A stretch of DNA of 64,000 nucleotides from Planctomycetota bacterium. GTDB lineage: Bacteria; Planctomycetota; SZUA-567; H5-PLA8. Both the position numbers and the translations under genes were made by a program. The stretch is from contig JAKLKQ010000028.1 of NCBI GenBank assembly GCA_023150555.1, positions 9,764-73,763 on the forward strand, read 5' to 3'. The notes under the pieces were generated by a model, which made no database searches, was not told the origin of the DNA, and saw only the letters and a program-made list of their open reading frames with translations. Position 1 is the stretch's first letter; each line of letters opens with the position of its first letter. Positions 9,402 through 18,927 of this stretch are shown here, piece by piece.

Positions 9402-9646
9402 TTCGGGCTCCTCCCTCTATCTGCAATCTAAGACGCCGCGCGAAGGGCGGCAAGGTCAATCCGGACATTGAGAGTCGGAGATGCCATCAATTCTGCACGT
9501 TGCGCATAAAGCACTACGTGCACTTGCCTTGGCCACAAAAGCATACTTTTCTTCTACTTTGCCGAATCGATTCGGAATTTTTCGGGAACGCTTTGCGAGT
9601 TCGATCCGGCTTGCTTAATGGGAAGGGATTGGAGACCCGCCGCGCA

Positions 9647-10216
9647 ATGCCCACCACGGCCCTGATGATCGAGACGTTGGTCCAGATGCGCCACGATCCC
9701 GGCGGCGTTCCAGTGGATCAGTTCTGGGCGCTGGTGGAGCGTTTCCGCGCGGACCTGGTCAACCAGGCGCTGGGCATCCTGAGCAGCCAGCCCGACGCCG
9801 AGGACGTCGCGCAGGAGGCGCTCAGCAAGGCCTTCCTCGAACTCCACAAGCTTCGCGATCCGGCCAAGCTTGGCTGGTGGCTGCGGCGGATCAACCGCTG
9901 CCAGGCCCTGGAGCTTCGCCGCAAGCGCCTGCGCGCGCGCGAAGAGCGCCTCGCCACGGGGCAAGTCGATGCCCTGCGCGCGCCCGAGCGCAATCGCCCG
10001 CCCGAGGCCGACGCCGTGGTGCGCGCCGTCGACCAGCTGCCCGAGCACTTCCGCGAGGTCGTGGTGCTGAAGTACTGGGAGAAGCTCGGCAACGATGAGA
10101 TCGCCGTTCGCCTGAACATCGCGCCCGTCACGGTGCGGACGCGGCTGGCGCGTGCCGATGGCCTGTTGGCCCGCGCGCTGCGGGTCGCGCGGCGCGAGGA
10201 GGAGCACGCACGATGA
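9647..10216 (+). CDS. ECF-type RNA polymerase sigma factor (canonical, stand-alone)
   Basis: Start at ATG 9647 inside track ORF 9389..10216. Region 2 is DAEDVAQEALSKAFLELHKL; region 4 is EVVVLKYWEKLGNDEIAVRLNIAPVTVRTRLARA. The stop overlaps the next start (ATGA at 10213). Confidence 0.8.
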   Translation: MPTTALMIETLVQMRHDPGGVPVDQFWALVERFRADLVNQALGILSSQPDAEDVAQEALSKAFLELHKLRDPAKLGWWLRRINRCQALELRRKRLRAREERLATGQVDALRAPERNRPPEADAVVRAVDQLPEHFREVVVLKYWEKLGNDEIAVRLNIAPVTVRTRLARADGLLARALRVARREEEHAR

Positions 10217-12060
10217 ACGCTCAGACACAGTCGGCGGCCTGCCAGGACGCGATGGTGAACGTTCGCCCGTTCCTGGACGGCGAGCTGCCCGAAGACGAAG
10301 CCCGCGCGCTGGAGGCCCACGTCGCGGCCTGCACGGCGTGCCGCAACGAGTTCAAGGCCCGAGAGGAGATCATCGCCATGCTGGGACGCACCTACGGAAA
10401 GAAGCGCATCAGCGACGAGTTCGATACGTCGGCCAACCGCAAGATGCTGGCGAAGAAGGCCACCAGCGGGCCCTTCTCGGTCTCCACCGGACCGCGGGAT
10501 CAGGTCGACGAGGAGGAAGACGGCGCGCTCGAGCCGGCCGGCGGCGGCCTCCTGGAAAGTCTGAGCGCGCAGTTCGGCGCCGCCCCGTGGTGGATCATCA
10601 GCGGCGCCTTCCACGCGCTGCTGATCCTGCTCGTCTTCCTGATCGGCATGGTCGTGATGCAGGCCAAGCAGCAGGACGTGGTCATCGTCACCGACCTCCA
10701 GAAGCAGGAGCCGCCGCCGGAACCCGAGAAGCAGCTCGAGCGCACGATCATCGAGAAGCCCGTGCCCGTCGTAGAGAACGAGCTCGTGACCGACCAGCAG
10801 CCGATCGTGACGCACGAAGTCGTCGAGTTCGCCGAGCAGATCGAGACCGACAACGACAGCGACGCGCACGACTCCAAGGGTGAGGACGGCATCAGCGACA
10901 TCTGGCTGGGCGGCCAGGGCACCGTCGGCGCACTGGGCGTGGGCGGCGGCGGACGGGCGGGAGCCTTCGGGCGGCCCGGCGGCGCCGGCGGGCGCCTGCA
11001 GCGCGCGGTCAAGGGCGGAGGCGGCAAGGCCACCGAGAGCGCCGTGGACAAGGCGCTGGAATGGCTTGCGAAGCACCAGGAAGCCGACGGCCACTGGGAC
11101 ACGAAGAAGTACGAAGGCAGGATCAACGCCGATGCGGGGCTGACCGGCCTGGCGCTGCTGGCGTTCCTGGGCGCGGGGCACACCGAGAAGGTGGGCAAGT
11201 ACAAGGACAACGTGCAGCGCGCGGTGGCGTGGATCGTCTCGAAGCAGGAGGCCGACGGCCAGATCGGGAAAGGCTACGACGAGTTCTGGGATCACGGCGG
11301 CATGTCGCCGTACCACCACGCCATCTGCGGGCTGGCGCTGGCCGAGGCTTCCGCGATGGGCCGCGTGCCGGCCACGCGCGCGGCGGCGCAGAAGGCGCTG
11401 GAGTACTCGACCGAGATCCACCAGCAGGGCGAGGGGCAATCGGAGAAGGGCGCCTGGCGCTACGAGCGCAAGTCCAAGAGCACCGACGCGTCGGTCAGCG
11501 GCTGGTTCGTGATGCAGCTCAAGAGCGCCAAGGTCGCGGGGCTGGCGGTGAACCCGGCCAGCTTCGAGGGCGCGATGAAGTTCTTCGATCAAATCGAGGT
11601 GAAGGACAAGGTCGGCGAGTACGGCGGCGGGCGCTTTCCCTACACCGTCGACGGCAACGGCGCGAAAGGCGTGATGCTGAACCCCACCGCCATCGGCATC
11701 CTCTGCAACCTCTTCCTGGGGCGCGATCCCAACCGCCTTCTGGGCGGTGCCGAGTACCTGCTGCAGAACCTGCCGAAGTGGGACCCCAAGATGGGCCAGG
11801 GCAACGGCGGAAGCTGGCCCATGTACTACACGTACTACGGTACCCTGGCGATGTTCCAGCTGGGCGGGCACTACTGGACGCAGTGGAACGAGGCCATGAA
11901 GAACATGCTGCTGCCGAACCAGCGCAAGGGCGGCGACGAGGACGGCAGCTGGGACCCGATGGGCGGCATGGGCGACCAGTTGGGCGGGCGCGTGTACATG
12001 ACCGCCGTCAGTGCGCTGTGCCTGGAAGTCTACTACCGCTACCTGCCGATTACGCGCTGA
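10213..12060 (+). CDS. Anti-sigma factor: zf-HC2 N-terminus, TM helix, prenyltransferase/squalene-cyclase-like alpha-toroid ectodomain
   Basis: HVAACTACRNEF (H-x3-C-x2-C) zf-HC2 motif. TM helix WWIISGAFHALLILLVFLIGMVV. Repeats such as ALEWLAKHQEADGHW and AVAWIVSKQEADGQ are typical of prenyltransferase/SQHop-cyclase repeats. Translationally coupled to the sigma gene. Confidence 0.8.
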   Translation: MNAQTQSAACQDAMVNVRPFLDGELPEDEARALEAHVAACTACRNEFKAREEIIAMLGRTYGKKRISDEFDTSANRKMLAKKATSGPFSVSTGPRDQVDEEEDGALEPAGGGLLESLSAQFGAAPWWIISGAFHALLILLVFLIGMVVMQAKQQDVVIVTDLQKQEPPPEPEKQLERTIIEKPVPVVENELVTDQQPIVTHEVVEFAEQIETDNDSDAHDSKGEDGISDIWLGGQGTVGALGVGGGGRAGAFGRPGGAGGRLQRAVKGGGGKATESAVDKALEWLAKHQEADGHWDTKKYEGRINADAGLTGLALLAFLGAGHTEKVGKYKDNVQRAVAWIVSKQEADGQIGKGYDEFWDHGGMSPYHHAICGLALAEASAMGRVPATRAAAQKALEYSTEIHQQGEGQSEKGAWRYERKSKSTDASVSGWFVMQLKSAKVAGLAVNPASFEGAMKFFDQIEVKDKVGEYGGGRFPYTVDGNGAKGVMLNPTAIGILCNLFLGRDPNRLLGGAEYLLQNLPKWDPKMGQGNGGSWPMYYTYYGTLAMFQLGGHYWTQWNEAMKNMLLPNQRKGGDEDGSWDPMGGMGDQLGGRVYMTAVSALCLEVYYRYLPITR

Positions 12061-12087
12061 CCCCCACTGCACCTACAACGTGCTGCG

Positions 12088-12140
12088 ACGGAACGGGTTG
12101 CTTCGGCAACCCGTTCTCGTCTCGTGAGACTCTTTTTCCT
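12088..12140 (+). terminator. Hairpin terminator downstream of the anti-sigma gene
   Basis: Perfect 11-bp stem GAACGGGTTGC/GCAACCCGTTC with a TTCG loop (12091-12116), then a T5 run at 12133-12137. Confidence 0.5.
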
Positions 12141-12316
12141 AGCAAGGCTTTGCTGGCGGCGGCCATTCCCTGGTTGGAAGGGCAAGCGTGGGCAGCCCTC
12201 AGTACTACGCACACGTGCAACGCTCGTGGCAGTGATTTTCGAGAAAGCGGTGCTGAGTTCGACCGCCCCCCCGCAAGTAATCCCTGAAAGGCCGCAGCCG
12301 GCCGGGAGCGATCACG

Positions 12317-13891
12317 GTGATCACGAACGCCATGCTTCGATACGGAAAGCACGTACGCCCCGCCACCGCCGCCGCGAAGGCGGTGGACGAGCCCGGCGAC
12401 GACGAACTGCTGCGCCGCATCGCGGAGGAACGAGACCGCGAGGCTTTCGAGGCGCTCTTCCGCCGCCACCAGGGCCGCGCCTACGCGCTGGCGCTGCACG
12501 TCGCCGGCAGCCCGCAGATCGCCGAGGAGGCCGTGCAGGAAGCGATGCTCGGCGTCTGGCGCTCCGCCCGCACCTACCGGCCCGGCGGCAGTGCCCGCGC
12601 GTGGATCTGCCGGATCGTGGCCCGCAAGGCCTGCGCCTGCGCGCGCAACCACCGGAACCAGGGACCGAACATGGATGCGGCGATCGAAAGCAACGCAGCG
12701 TATGCCGGAGCGGCCGCCGACGAGGCCCTTGCGCAGGACGAACTGCACAGCGCGCTGCGCGCCGAGGTCGGACGGCTGCCCGAACGCAGCCGCGCCATCG
12801 TCGGGCTCTACTTCCTCGCGGGATTGTCGCAGGACGAGATCGGGCGCGAACTGAACATGCCGCAGCGCACGGTCTCGCTGAAGCTCGAGCAGGCCCTGGA
12901 GAGCCTGCGCCGCAGCCTCACGCAGGCGGGCTTCGCCTCGGCCGCCGTGATCGTCCAGGGGCCGCAGATGACGCGGCTGCTGGAGAGCGCCTATCCTGTG
13001 CCGCCGGAACTCGGCGCGCGCATTCTCGAGGCCGTCGGCCAGGCCGGCACCGCCGCACGCAGCACCTTGCGCCGGGTGCCGGTGCGCGTCGTCGCGCGGC
13101 CGGTCTGGGCTGCCGGGTTGGGCCTGCTGGCGTTGGGACTGGCTGCGACCGCCTGGGTCGGGCTGAACGCGCCCGCGCCGTCGGTGCTCGCCGCGCCGCC
13201 TGCGCCTGCCGAAGCGCCGCGTGCGATTCCGCCGGCCGCAGCTGCGGACAAAGCGCCGCCGCTTCCGGCGCCCTACCACAAGGTCTGGACCTTCGAGGCC
13301 GGCGCGCCGAAGGACCTGCTCGTGCGCCACGGCAGCTGGCATTGGGCGCCCGGGGACGGTAAGCATCCGGCGGCCATGGTCGCCGACACGATGGTGACCA
13401 GCTTCATCGAACTGCCGCGCGAACCGTTCGCGCACGGCCTGGTGCCCGTCGAGGTCTTGCTGCACGCGGAGCCCAGCGACACGCGTAGCATGAGCGGGAC
13501 CTGCATGGCCTCGTGGGCCAGCAACGAGGCCGGCCTGGCCTCGAAGGCACGCCTGATCCGCTGGAACGTCCTCTTCAACACGCACAGCGTTCACCGCACC
13601 TGCTTCGACGGGCGCTGGGCCGTGCAGTTCCGCGATGGCGAGCCCAAGTGCATCTTCGACTACACGGACATCGCGGAGGCCGACCGCCTCTGCGTGGTGG
13701 TGCGCAACTGGCGCATCGAGCGCATCGAGCTGCGGGTGCTTCCGGAACCGGAAGCCGCGGCGCTGCGCGCCGATCGCGCCCTGAACTTCGAGACGTTCCC
13801 TGGAAAGCTCGGCCGGATGGACCATTTCCCCTTCGCTGGCGGCATGCCGCGCGACGGCGGATTCTGGCCGGGCGAGGAGAAACCGCAATGA
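12317..13891 (+). CDS. ECF sigma factor fused via linker and one TM helix to an uncharacterised ~230-aa extracytoplasmic domain
   Basis: GGGAG RBS before the GTG start. Sigma region 2 is EEAVQEAMLGVWRSARTY; region 4 is RAIVGLYFLAGLSQDEIGRELNMPQRTVSLKLEQA. TM helix WAAGLGLLALGLAATAWVGL. The C-terminal domain is homologous to that of 42296..43852 (HKVWTF..W.W.P..., RIELR.L.EPE). Confidence 0.75.
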   Translation: MITNAMLRYGKHVRPATAAAKAVDEPGDDELLRRIAEERDREAFEALFRRHQGRAYALALHVAGSPQIAEEAVQEAMLGVWRSARTYRPGGSARAWICRIVARKACACARNHRNQGPNMDAAIESNAAYAGAAADEALAQDELHSALRAEVGRLPERSRAIVGLYFLAGLSQDEIGRELNMPQRTVSLKLEQALESLRRSLTQAGFASAAVIVQGPQMTRLLESAYPVPPELGARILEAVGQAGTAARSTLRRVPVRVVARPVWAAGLGLLALGLAATAWVGLNAPAPSVLAAPPAPAEAPRAIPPAAAADKAPPLPAPYHKVWTFEAGAPKDLLVRHGSWHWAPGDGKHPAAMVADTMVTSFIELPREPFAHGLVPVEVLLHAEPSDTRSMSGTCMASWASNEAGLASKARLIRWNVLFNTHSVHRTCFDGRWAVQFRDGEPKCIFDYTDIAEADRLCVVVRNWRIERIELRVLPEPEAAALRADRALNFETFPGKLGRMDHFPFAGGMPRDGGFWPGEEKPQ

Positions 13892-14154
13892 ACGCCTGGC
13901 CCGTCGAACGCTGGGGCCGCCTGGTGGCGGGCGCGTCGATCCTCGCCTTCACCGCGCTGGCCGTGCTGCATCACCCGTACTGGTTGCTGGCGGTCGCTGC
14001 CGGTGCGGTGAACCTTGTGCTCTCGGCGCTGACGGATCGCTGCCCCGTCCGCGCGCTGCTACTGAAACTGGGCGCACGCGAATGCGATACCTCGTTGGAA
14101 ACCGGCCCCGCTGCGAGCCGCGCCGGGGTCCTCGTGGAAAGGAGCCTCTCATGA
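13888..14154 (+). CDS. DUF2892 (YgaP-like) small two-TM membrane protein
   Basis: The ATG overlaps the sigma stop (ATGA at 13888-13891). ERWGRLVAGASILAFTAL ... NLVLSALTDRCPVRALLLKLG matches the DUF2892 pattern with a conserved Cys-Pro. Paralogue at 43966..44277. Confidence 0.7.
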   Translation: MNAWPVERWGRLVAGASILAFTALAVLHHPYWLLAVAAGAVNLVLSALTDRCPVRALLLKLGARECDTSLETGPAASRAGVLVERSLS

Positions 14155-14870
14155 TCGCCGAACCCGAAGCCCCCGCCATCTGCCTGGCGCCCGACGCCCT
14201 GACGCGGGACCGCTTCAGCAACATCTCGCAGGTGCTGCGCCGGATCGCGACGGAGTCCGTCACCGAGCGCCGCCGCGAACCCGACCCGGCCATCGTCGTG
14301 CGCAAGGTCCGCCGCACGAGCGAACTCGAGGAGGTCCACCGCCTGACCTACCGCGCCTACCGCGAACGCGGCTACTGCGGCGAGCAACCCGACGGCAAGC
14401 TGGTTCACTACCCGCACCTGGAGAACATCCCCGAGACGTCCGTCTTCGTGGCCTACGAAGAAGGGAAGATCCTGGGCACCGTCTCGGTGACGCTCGACGG
14501 CCCAGCGGGCCTGCACGTGGACGCGGACTTCAAGGACACGGTGGACAAAGTGCGCGCCGAGAACCGCCGGCTGTGTGCGCCGTGGCGCATCGCGACGCAC
14601 AGTTCGCTGCGCAGCGAGAAGCGCGTGGTTATGGCGCTGCTGCAGGCGGTGGTGGACGAGGCCTTTGACGCGATGGGCTGCCAGACGTTCCTGTGCACCT
14701 TCAATCCGCGGCACGAACGCTTCTACCGCCGGATCTGGAACATGCCCACCATCGCGCGGCACGAAGGCAGCGATGGGCTGGAGAACGCCCCCGCCGTGCT
14801 GATGCGCTGCGACATCGAGACGATCCCGCTCGAGTGGCTCAACAACGTCGGCGGGAACGGCCAGGGGTGA
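14151..14870 (+). CDS. GNAT-fold N-acyl amino acid synthase-like protein (FeeM / LuxI-related)
   Basis: GGAAAGGAG RBS; the ATG overlaps the DUF2892 stop (ATGA at 14151-14154). ELEEVHRLTYRAYRERGYC ... VFVAYEEGKILGTVSV ... FNPRHERFYRRIW resembles long-chain N-acyl amino acid synthases (FeeM/exosortase-associated family). Motif-level call only. Confidence 0.6.
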   Translation: MIAEPEAPAICLAPDALTRDRFSNISQVLRRIATESVTERRREPDPAIVVRKVRRTSELEEVHRLTYRAYRERGYCGEQPDGKLVHYPHLENIPETSVFVAYEEGKILGTVSVTLDGPAGLHVDADFKDTVDKVRAENRRLCAPWRIATHSSLRSEKRVVMALLQAVVDEAFDAMGCQTFLCTFNPRHERFYRRIWNMPTIARHEGSDGLENAPAVLMRCDIETIPLEWLNNVGGNGQG

Positions 14871-14958
14871 AGGGCGGGGGAAGGGATGAAGTGTGAGGGA
14901 TGAAAAACTGAATCGGGTGATCAAGAAACATCGAACGGCACTCCGAAACGGAATGCCG

Positions 14959-15000
14959 TTCTCTGAGAGCCTCTGTGTTCTCCGAGTCTCTGCGTTGAGG
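14959..15000. repeat. Short periodic intergenic repeat (CTCTG[AT]G / CACAGAG units)
   Basis: TTCTCTGAG AGCCTCTGTG TTCTCCGAG TCTCTGCG lies between convergent genes. It belongs to the same unit family as 27531-27566, 40545-40572 and 52514-52536. Confidence 0.4.
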
Positions 15001-15032
15001 TCGTTAGCTGACCGCTGAAAGCCGGCAGCGTC

Positions 15033-16052
15033 TCAGAACTTCAGCACCACGCCCAGGGACTCCTGGGGCTTCTCGATGATCTGCGTGTAGGCCTCGTTGG
15101 CCTTCGTCACGTCGTAGCGGTGCGTGACCAGCGACGCTGCGTCCAGGCGCCCTTCGCCCAGCAGGTCGGCGAAGAGCTGGATGTTGCGGTGCGTGGTCCA
15201 GCGCACATGCGCCGCCGGGTAGTCGCGGCCTTCCTGCTTGTACTCCAGGTCGCGCCAGCCGGGCCCGCAGCCGCCGCACATCAGGATCTCGACGTCCTCG
15301 CCGGCGGGGCGGTTCATCGGGATCACGCCGATCATCACGATGCGCCCGGTGACCGTGTTGACCATCTTGTTGACGCTCTCGAACAGCGACTCGTCGCGGG
15401 CCTTCGCGGCCACCAGCGCCGCGTCGGCGCCGTGCCCGTTGGTCAATTCCTGGAGCTTGGCCACGACGTCGGTCTCGCGGGGATCGAAGGCGAACGCCGC
15501 GCCGCCCTTCTTCGCCAGGTCCAGGCGCTGCGGGTAGATGTCGCTGCCCACGACGTAGGCCCCGAACAGGTTCGCGAAGCGCACCGCGTACTGCCCGACC
15601 ATGCCCAGGCCGACGACGACATTCCATTCGCCCAGCGCCGAGCGCGCGCGGCGGCAGGCGTGCAGCCCCGTGCAGGCGACGTTCACCTGGACGCCGGCTT
15701 CGAGCAGCGCTTCGCTCTTGAGCTTCCCGATCAGGTGGCGGGGCGCGAAGACTTCGTCGGCATTGAACGCGAAGCCGCCGCCGGGCATGCAGACGGGGTC
15801 GCCGGGCTTGAGGTCCTCGAGGCCGGGCGTCACCTCCTTCACAATCCCGGAGATCTGGTAGCTGATGGCGTGGTCGGGCTTCGACTTGTCGGGCTTGGCG
15901 CGGCGTTCGACGACGGGCGCGAGAGTGCTGCCGACGCCGATCATGGAGTGAGTCACCTTCAGGATCGCACCGGGGGGCTTGCCGGCAAGCGTCGGCGCGG
16001 GGACCTCCTTTAGGGATACCTCGCCGGTACCGCTGACCATCAGCTGCCGCAT
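15033..16052 (-). CDS. Zinc-type alcohol dehydrogenase / MDR-family oxidoreductase
   Basis: Start at ATG 16052 (AAGGAG RBS) inside track ORF 15033..16220. GDPVCMPGG, the Rossmann motif VVGLGMVGQYAV and the overall MDR layout support the call. Confidence 0.85.
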   Translation of the reverse strand: MRQLMVSGTGEVSLKEVPAPTLAGKPPGAILKVTHSMIGVGSTLAPVVERRAKPDKSKPDHAISYQISGIVKEVTPGLEDLKPGDPVCMPGGGFAFNADEVFAPRHLIGKLKSEALLEAGVQVNVACTGLHACRRARSALGEWNVVVGLGMVGQYAVRFANLFGAYVVGSDIYPQRLDLAKKGGAAFAFDPRETDVVAKLQELTNGHGADAALVAAKARDESLFESVNKMVNTVTGRIVMIGVIPMNRPAGEDVEILMCGGCGPGWRDLEYKQEGRDYPAAHVRWTTHRNIQLFADLLGEGRLDAASLVTHRYDVTKANEAYTQIIEKPQESLGVVLKF

Positions 16053-16296
16053 GGCGTGCTCCTTTGTGCGCGCGCGTTTGTGAAAACTCTTTTTAACTGT
16101 ACCGATTGGTTCCGCCGCGGCAAGGCGCGCCGAATCCGTTGGATGGAACCAACTTGCAGAGGCCCCTCGAAAGGCGAAAAATAAACTTCGTGCAATTGCC
16201 CGGTCCCGGTTGCGTTTCATGCGTTCCTGTGTTATTTCTGAGGCCCCGTAAGGGATTCGGCACTTCGAATCCCAGGCCTACGGGAGCCTCGAACGA

Positions 16297-17166
16297 ATGT
16301 CCGTTGCTGTGGTCCTGCCGGCGCGGCTGGCTGCCAGCCGATTGCCGAACAAGTTGCTATTGGACCGCACCGGGCGGACGGTGCTGGAGCACACCGTCGC
16401 GCGAGCGCTGGCCGCCAAGGAACGTTCGGGCGGCCTGATCCGCGCCGTGCTGGTGGCCTGCGACGACGAGAAACTCGCCGTGGCCGCGCGCCGCGCGGGC
16501 GTCGAAGCGGTGCTCACCGATCCCAAGCTCCCCAGCGGCACCGACCGCATCGCCGTCGCCGCGAAGGACCTGCCCGACGACATCATCGTGAACCTGCAGG
16601 CCGACGAGCCGGAGCTGGACCCCGGTTCGGTCCTACAAGTCGCCTCGATCCTCAACAGCGATACCGACGACGCGCAGATGGCCACGCTGGCCGTGCCGAT
16701 CTTCGATGAGGCCCGGCACAAGAACCCCAACGTTGTGAAGGTGGTCGCCGACGCCAAGGGCCGCGCGTGCTACTTCAGCCGCGCGCCTATTCCCTTCGCG
16801 CGCGAGCCCGAGCAGGCCGCGGCGCTGTGGAACTTTAAGGACAAGGCCGGCAAGCCCAAGCGCGTCTACGGGTTGCACCACCTGGGCCTGTACGCCTACC
16901 GCAAGGACTTCCTCCTTAATTACAAGAACCTCCCGGACAGCCGGCTGGAGAAGCTCGAAAAACTCGAGCAGCTGCGCGCGGTCGAGGCCGGGCACACGAT
17001 CCTGCTGGGCCTAGCCGCGTCGAACCCGCCGGGGATCGACACGCCGGAGGATTACGAGGCCTTCGTGAAGCGCTGGAAGGCCACGGGTGGCGGGAAGGAC
17101 GGCGCGGAGCTGGAAGACTTCCAGGCCGACTGGCTGGACCGCGGCGCGACGTTCTACGGACATTGA
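16297..17166 (+). CDS. kdsB: 3-deoxy-manno-octulosonate cytidylyltransferase (CMP-KDO synthetase)
   Basis: [32 protein letters not shown] and [10 protein letters not shown] are KdsB motifs. The protein has a ~40-aa C-terminal extension. Classic kdsB-pyrG synteny. Confidence 0.85.
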   Translation: MSVAVVLPARLAASRLPNKLLLDRTGRTVLEHTVARALAAKERSGGLIRAVLVACDDEKLAVAARRAGVEAVLTDPKLPSGTDRIAVAAKDLPDDIIVNLQADEPELDPGSVLQVASILNSDTDDAQMATLAVPIFDEARHKNPNVVKVVADAKGRACYFSRAPIPFAREPEQAAALWNFKDKAGKPKRVYGLHHLGLYAYRKDFLLNYKNLPDSRLEKLEKLEQLRAVEAGHTILLGLAASNPPGIDTPEDYEAFVKRWKATGGGKDGAELEDFQADWLDRGATFYGH

Positions 17167-17236
17167 CGGAAGGGGGCCGGTTACCGGGGCCCGGACCCCG
17201 GAGACCGCAAAAGACCGAGCGGAGCGAGCAAAGCGA

Positions 17237-18895
17237 ATGGCCAAGCACATCTTCATCACCGGCGGCGTCGTGTCGAGCCTGGGCAAGGGCATCACCACCG
17301 GCGCGGTGGGCATGCTGCTCAAGCGCATGGGCCTCACCGTCAAACTGCAGAAGCTTGACCCGTACCTGAACGTCGATCCGGGCACGATGAACCCGTACGA
17401 GCACGGCGAGGTCTACGTCACCGAAGACGGCGCGGAGACCGACCTGGACCTGGGCCACTACGAGCGCTTCACCGGCGACTACGTCAGCCGCGAGAGCAAC
17501 TTCACGACGGGGCAGATCTACCAGGAGATCATCCGGCGCGAGCGCCGCGGCGACTTTCTGGGCAAGACGGTGCAGGTCGTCCCGCACGTAACCGACGAGA
17601 TCAAGCGCTGCATCCGAACGCTCGCCAAGCCCGACGTGGACGTGGTGATCACCGAGATCGGCGGCACGGCCGGCGACATCGAGAGCCTGCCGTTCCTGGA
17701 GGCGATCCGCCAGTTCCGCCACGACGTCCACAGCCGCAACTGCATGTTCATCCACCTGACGCTGGTGCCGTTCATCCGCGCGGCAGGCGAGCAGAAGACC
17801 AAGCCCACGCAGCAGTCGGTGGGCGAGTTGCGGCGCATCGGTATCCAGCCCGACGTGCTGATCGTGCGCTGCGAGCGGCACCTGACGGCGGACAGCAAGA
17901 AGAAGATCGCACTCTTCTGCAACGTCGACACGGAAGCCGTGATCGAGGAGAAGGACGTTGACCACAGCATTTACGAAGTCCCGCTGATGCTCCTGAAGCA
18001 GGAGCTGGACCGCATCATCGCCGAGCGCCTGAGCCTGCCCGTCGGCCGGCCGCGCATCCGCGACTGGATCGACGTCGTCGAGGACGTGAAGCACCTGCAG
18101 AAGCGCGTCAAGATCGCCATCGTCGGCAAGTACATCAACCACCAGGACGCGTACAAGTCGATCTACGAGGCGCTCGCGCACGCCGGCATCGCGCACAAGA
18201 CGAAGGTCGAGATCGAACGCATCGAGGCCGAGGACCTGGAGAAGAAGGACGGGCTCAAGCGCCTCGAGAAGGTCCACGGCATCCTGGTTCCCGGCGGCTT
18301 CGGGCAGCGCGGCACCGAGGGCAAGATCGCGGCCGTGCGCTTCGCCCGCGAACGCAAGATCCCCTACCTGGGCCTGTGCCTGGGCATGCAGATGGCCGTG
18401 ATCGAGTTCGGGCGCCACGTCTGTGGCCTGGCCGAGGCCACCAGCAGCGAGTTCAACGCCGACGCCAAGCAGGCCGTCATCGACCTGATGGCCAACCAGC
18501 GCGACGTAAAGGACATGGGCGCGACCATGCGCCTGGGCGCCTATCCGTGCGTGATCAAGGACGGCACCAAGGCCCGCGCCGCCTACGGCAAGGAACAGGT
18601 CGCCGAACGCCACCGCCACCGCTACGAGTTCAACAACCAGTACCGCGAGGTCTACGAGCACCGCGGCATGGTCTTCTCGGGGCTTTCGCCCGACGGCCGC
18701 CTGGTCGAGATCGTCGAGGTCACCGACCACCCGTGGTTCGTCGCCGTGCAGTTCCATCCCGAGTTCAAGTCCACGCCCACCGACGCGCATCCGCTCTTCA
18801 AGGACTTCATCAACGCGACGCTGGCCTATGCGAAAGACAAGGAAGGCGAGGCAGCGTTAAAGCTCCCCCAGGCTTCGGAGAAGGCCCCGGCTTGA
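17237..18895 (+). CDS. pyrG: CTP synthase
   Basis: [20 protein letters not shown]-terminus, and a glutaminase domain with GLCLGMQ and HRHRYEFN. Start at ATG 17237 inside track ORF 17087..18895. Confidence 0.95.
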   Translation: MAKHIFITGGVVSSLGKGITTGAVGMLLKRMGLTVKLQKLDPYLNVDPGTMNPYEHGEVYVTEDGAETDLDLGHYERFTGDYVSRESNFTTGQIYQEIIRRERRGDFLGKTVQVVPHVTDEIKRCIRTLAKPDVDVVITEIGGTAGDIESLPFLEAIRQFRHDVHSRNCMFIHLTLVPFIRAAGEQKTKPTQQSVGELRRIGIQPDVLIVRCERHLTADSKKKIALFCNVDTEAVIEEKDVDHSIYEVPLMLLKQELDRIIAERLSLPVGRPRIRDWIDVVEDVKHLQKRVKIAIVGKYINHQDAYKSIYEALAHAGIAHKTKVEIERIEAEDLEKKDGLKRLEKVHGILVPGGFGQRGTEGKIAAVRFARERKIPYLGLCLGMQMAVIEFGRHVCGLAEATSSEFNADAKQAVIDLMANQRDVKDMGATMRLGAYPCVIKDGTKARAAYGKEQVAERHRHRYEFNNQYREVYEHRGMVFSGLSPDGRLVEIVEVTDHPWFVAVQFHPEFKSTPTDAHPLFKDFINATLAYAKDKEGEAALKLPQASEKAPA

Positions 18896-18927
18896 CGTGT
18901 CGTCCCTATCGAATGGAGGTGCCTGCC

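Noticed and set aside
9595-9625. ECF-type GGAAC-N16/17-CGT promoter upstream of the canonical sigma gene
   Set aside because: GGGAAC is present, but no CGT-type -10 lies at the right spacing.
9718-12072. 784-aa minus-strand ORF antisense to the ECF sigma/anti-sigma pair
   Set aside because: It has no motifs and a biased Arg/Ala/Gly/Leu composition. It is antisense to two genes with clear domain signatures. The same reasoning applies to 1747..3156, 2753..4747, 12050..13888, 16916..18790, 20376..21458, 32503..34653, 42458..44017, 49028..50521 and 50525..51478.
16245-16284. tRNA-like TTCGAATCC T-loop sequence upstream of kdsB
   Set aside because: The flanks do not form a 5-bp T-stem, an acceptor stem or an anticodon arm. 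It is just a nested hairpin (CCCGTA...TACGGG around GGGATTCG/CGAATCCC) in the kdsB leader.
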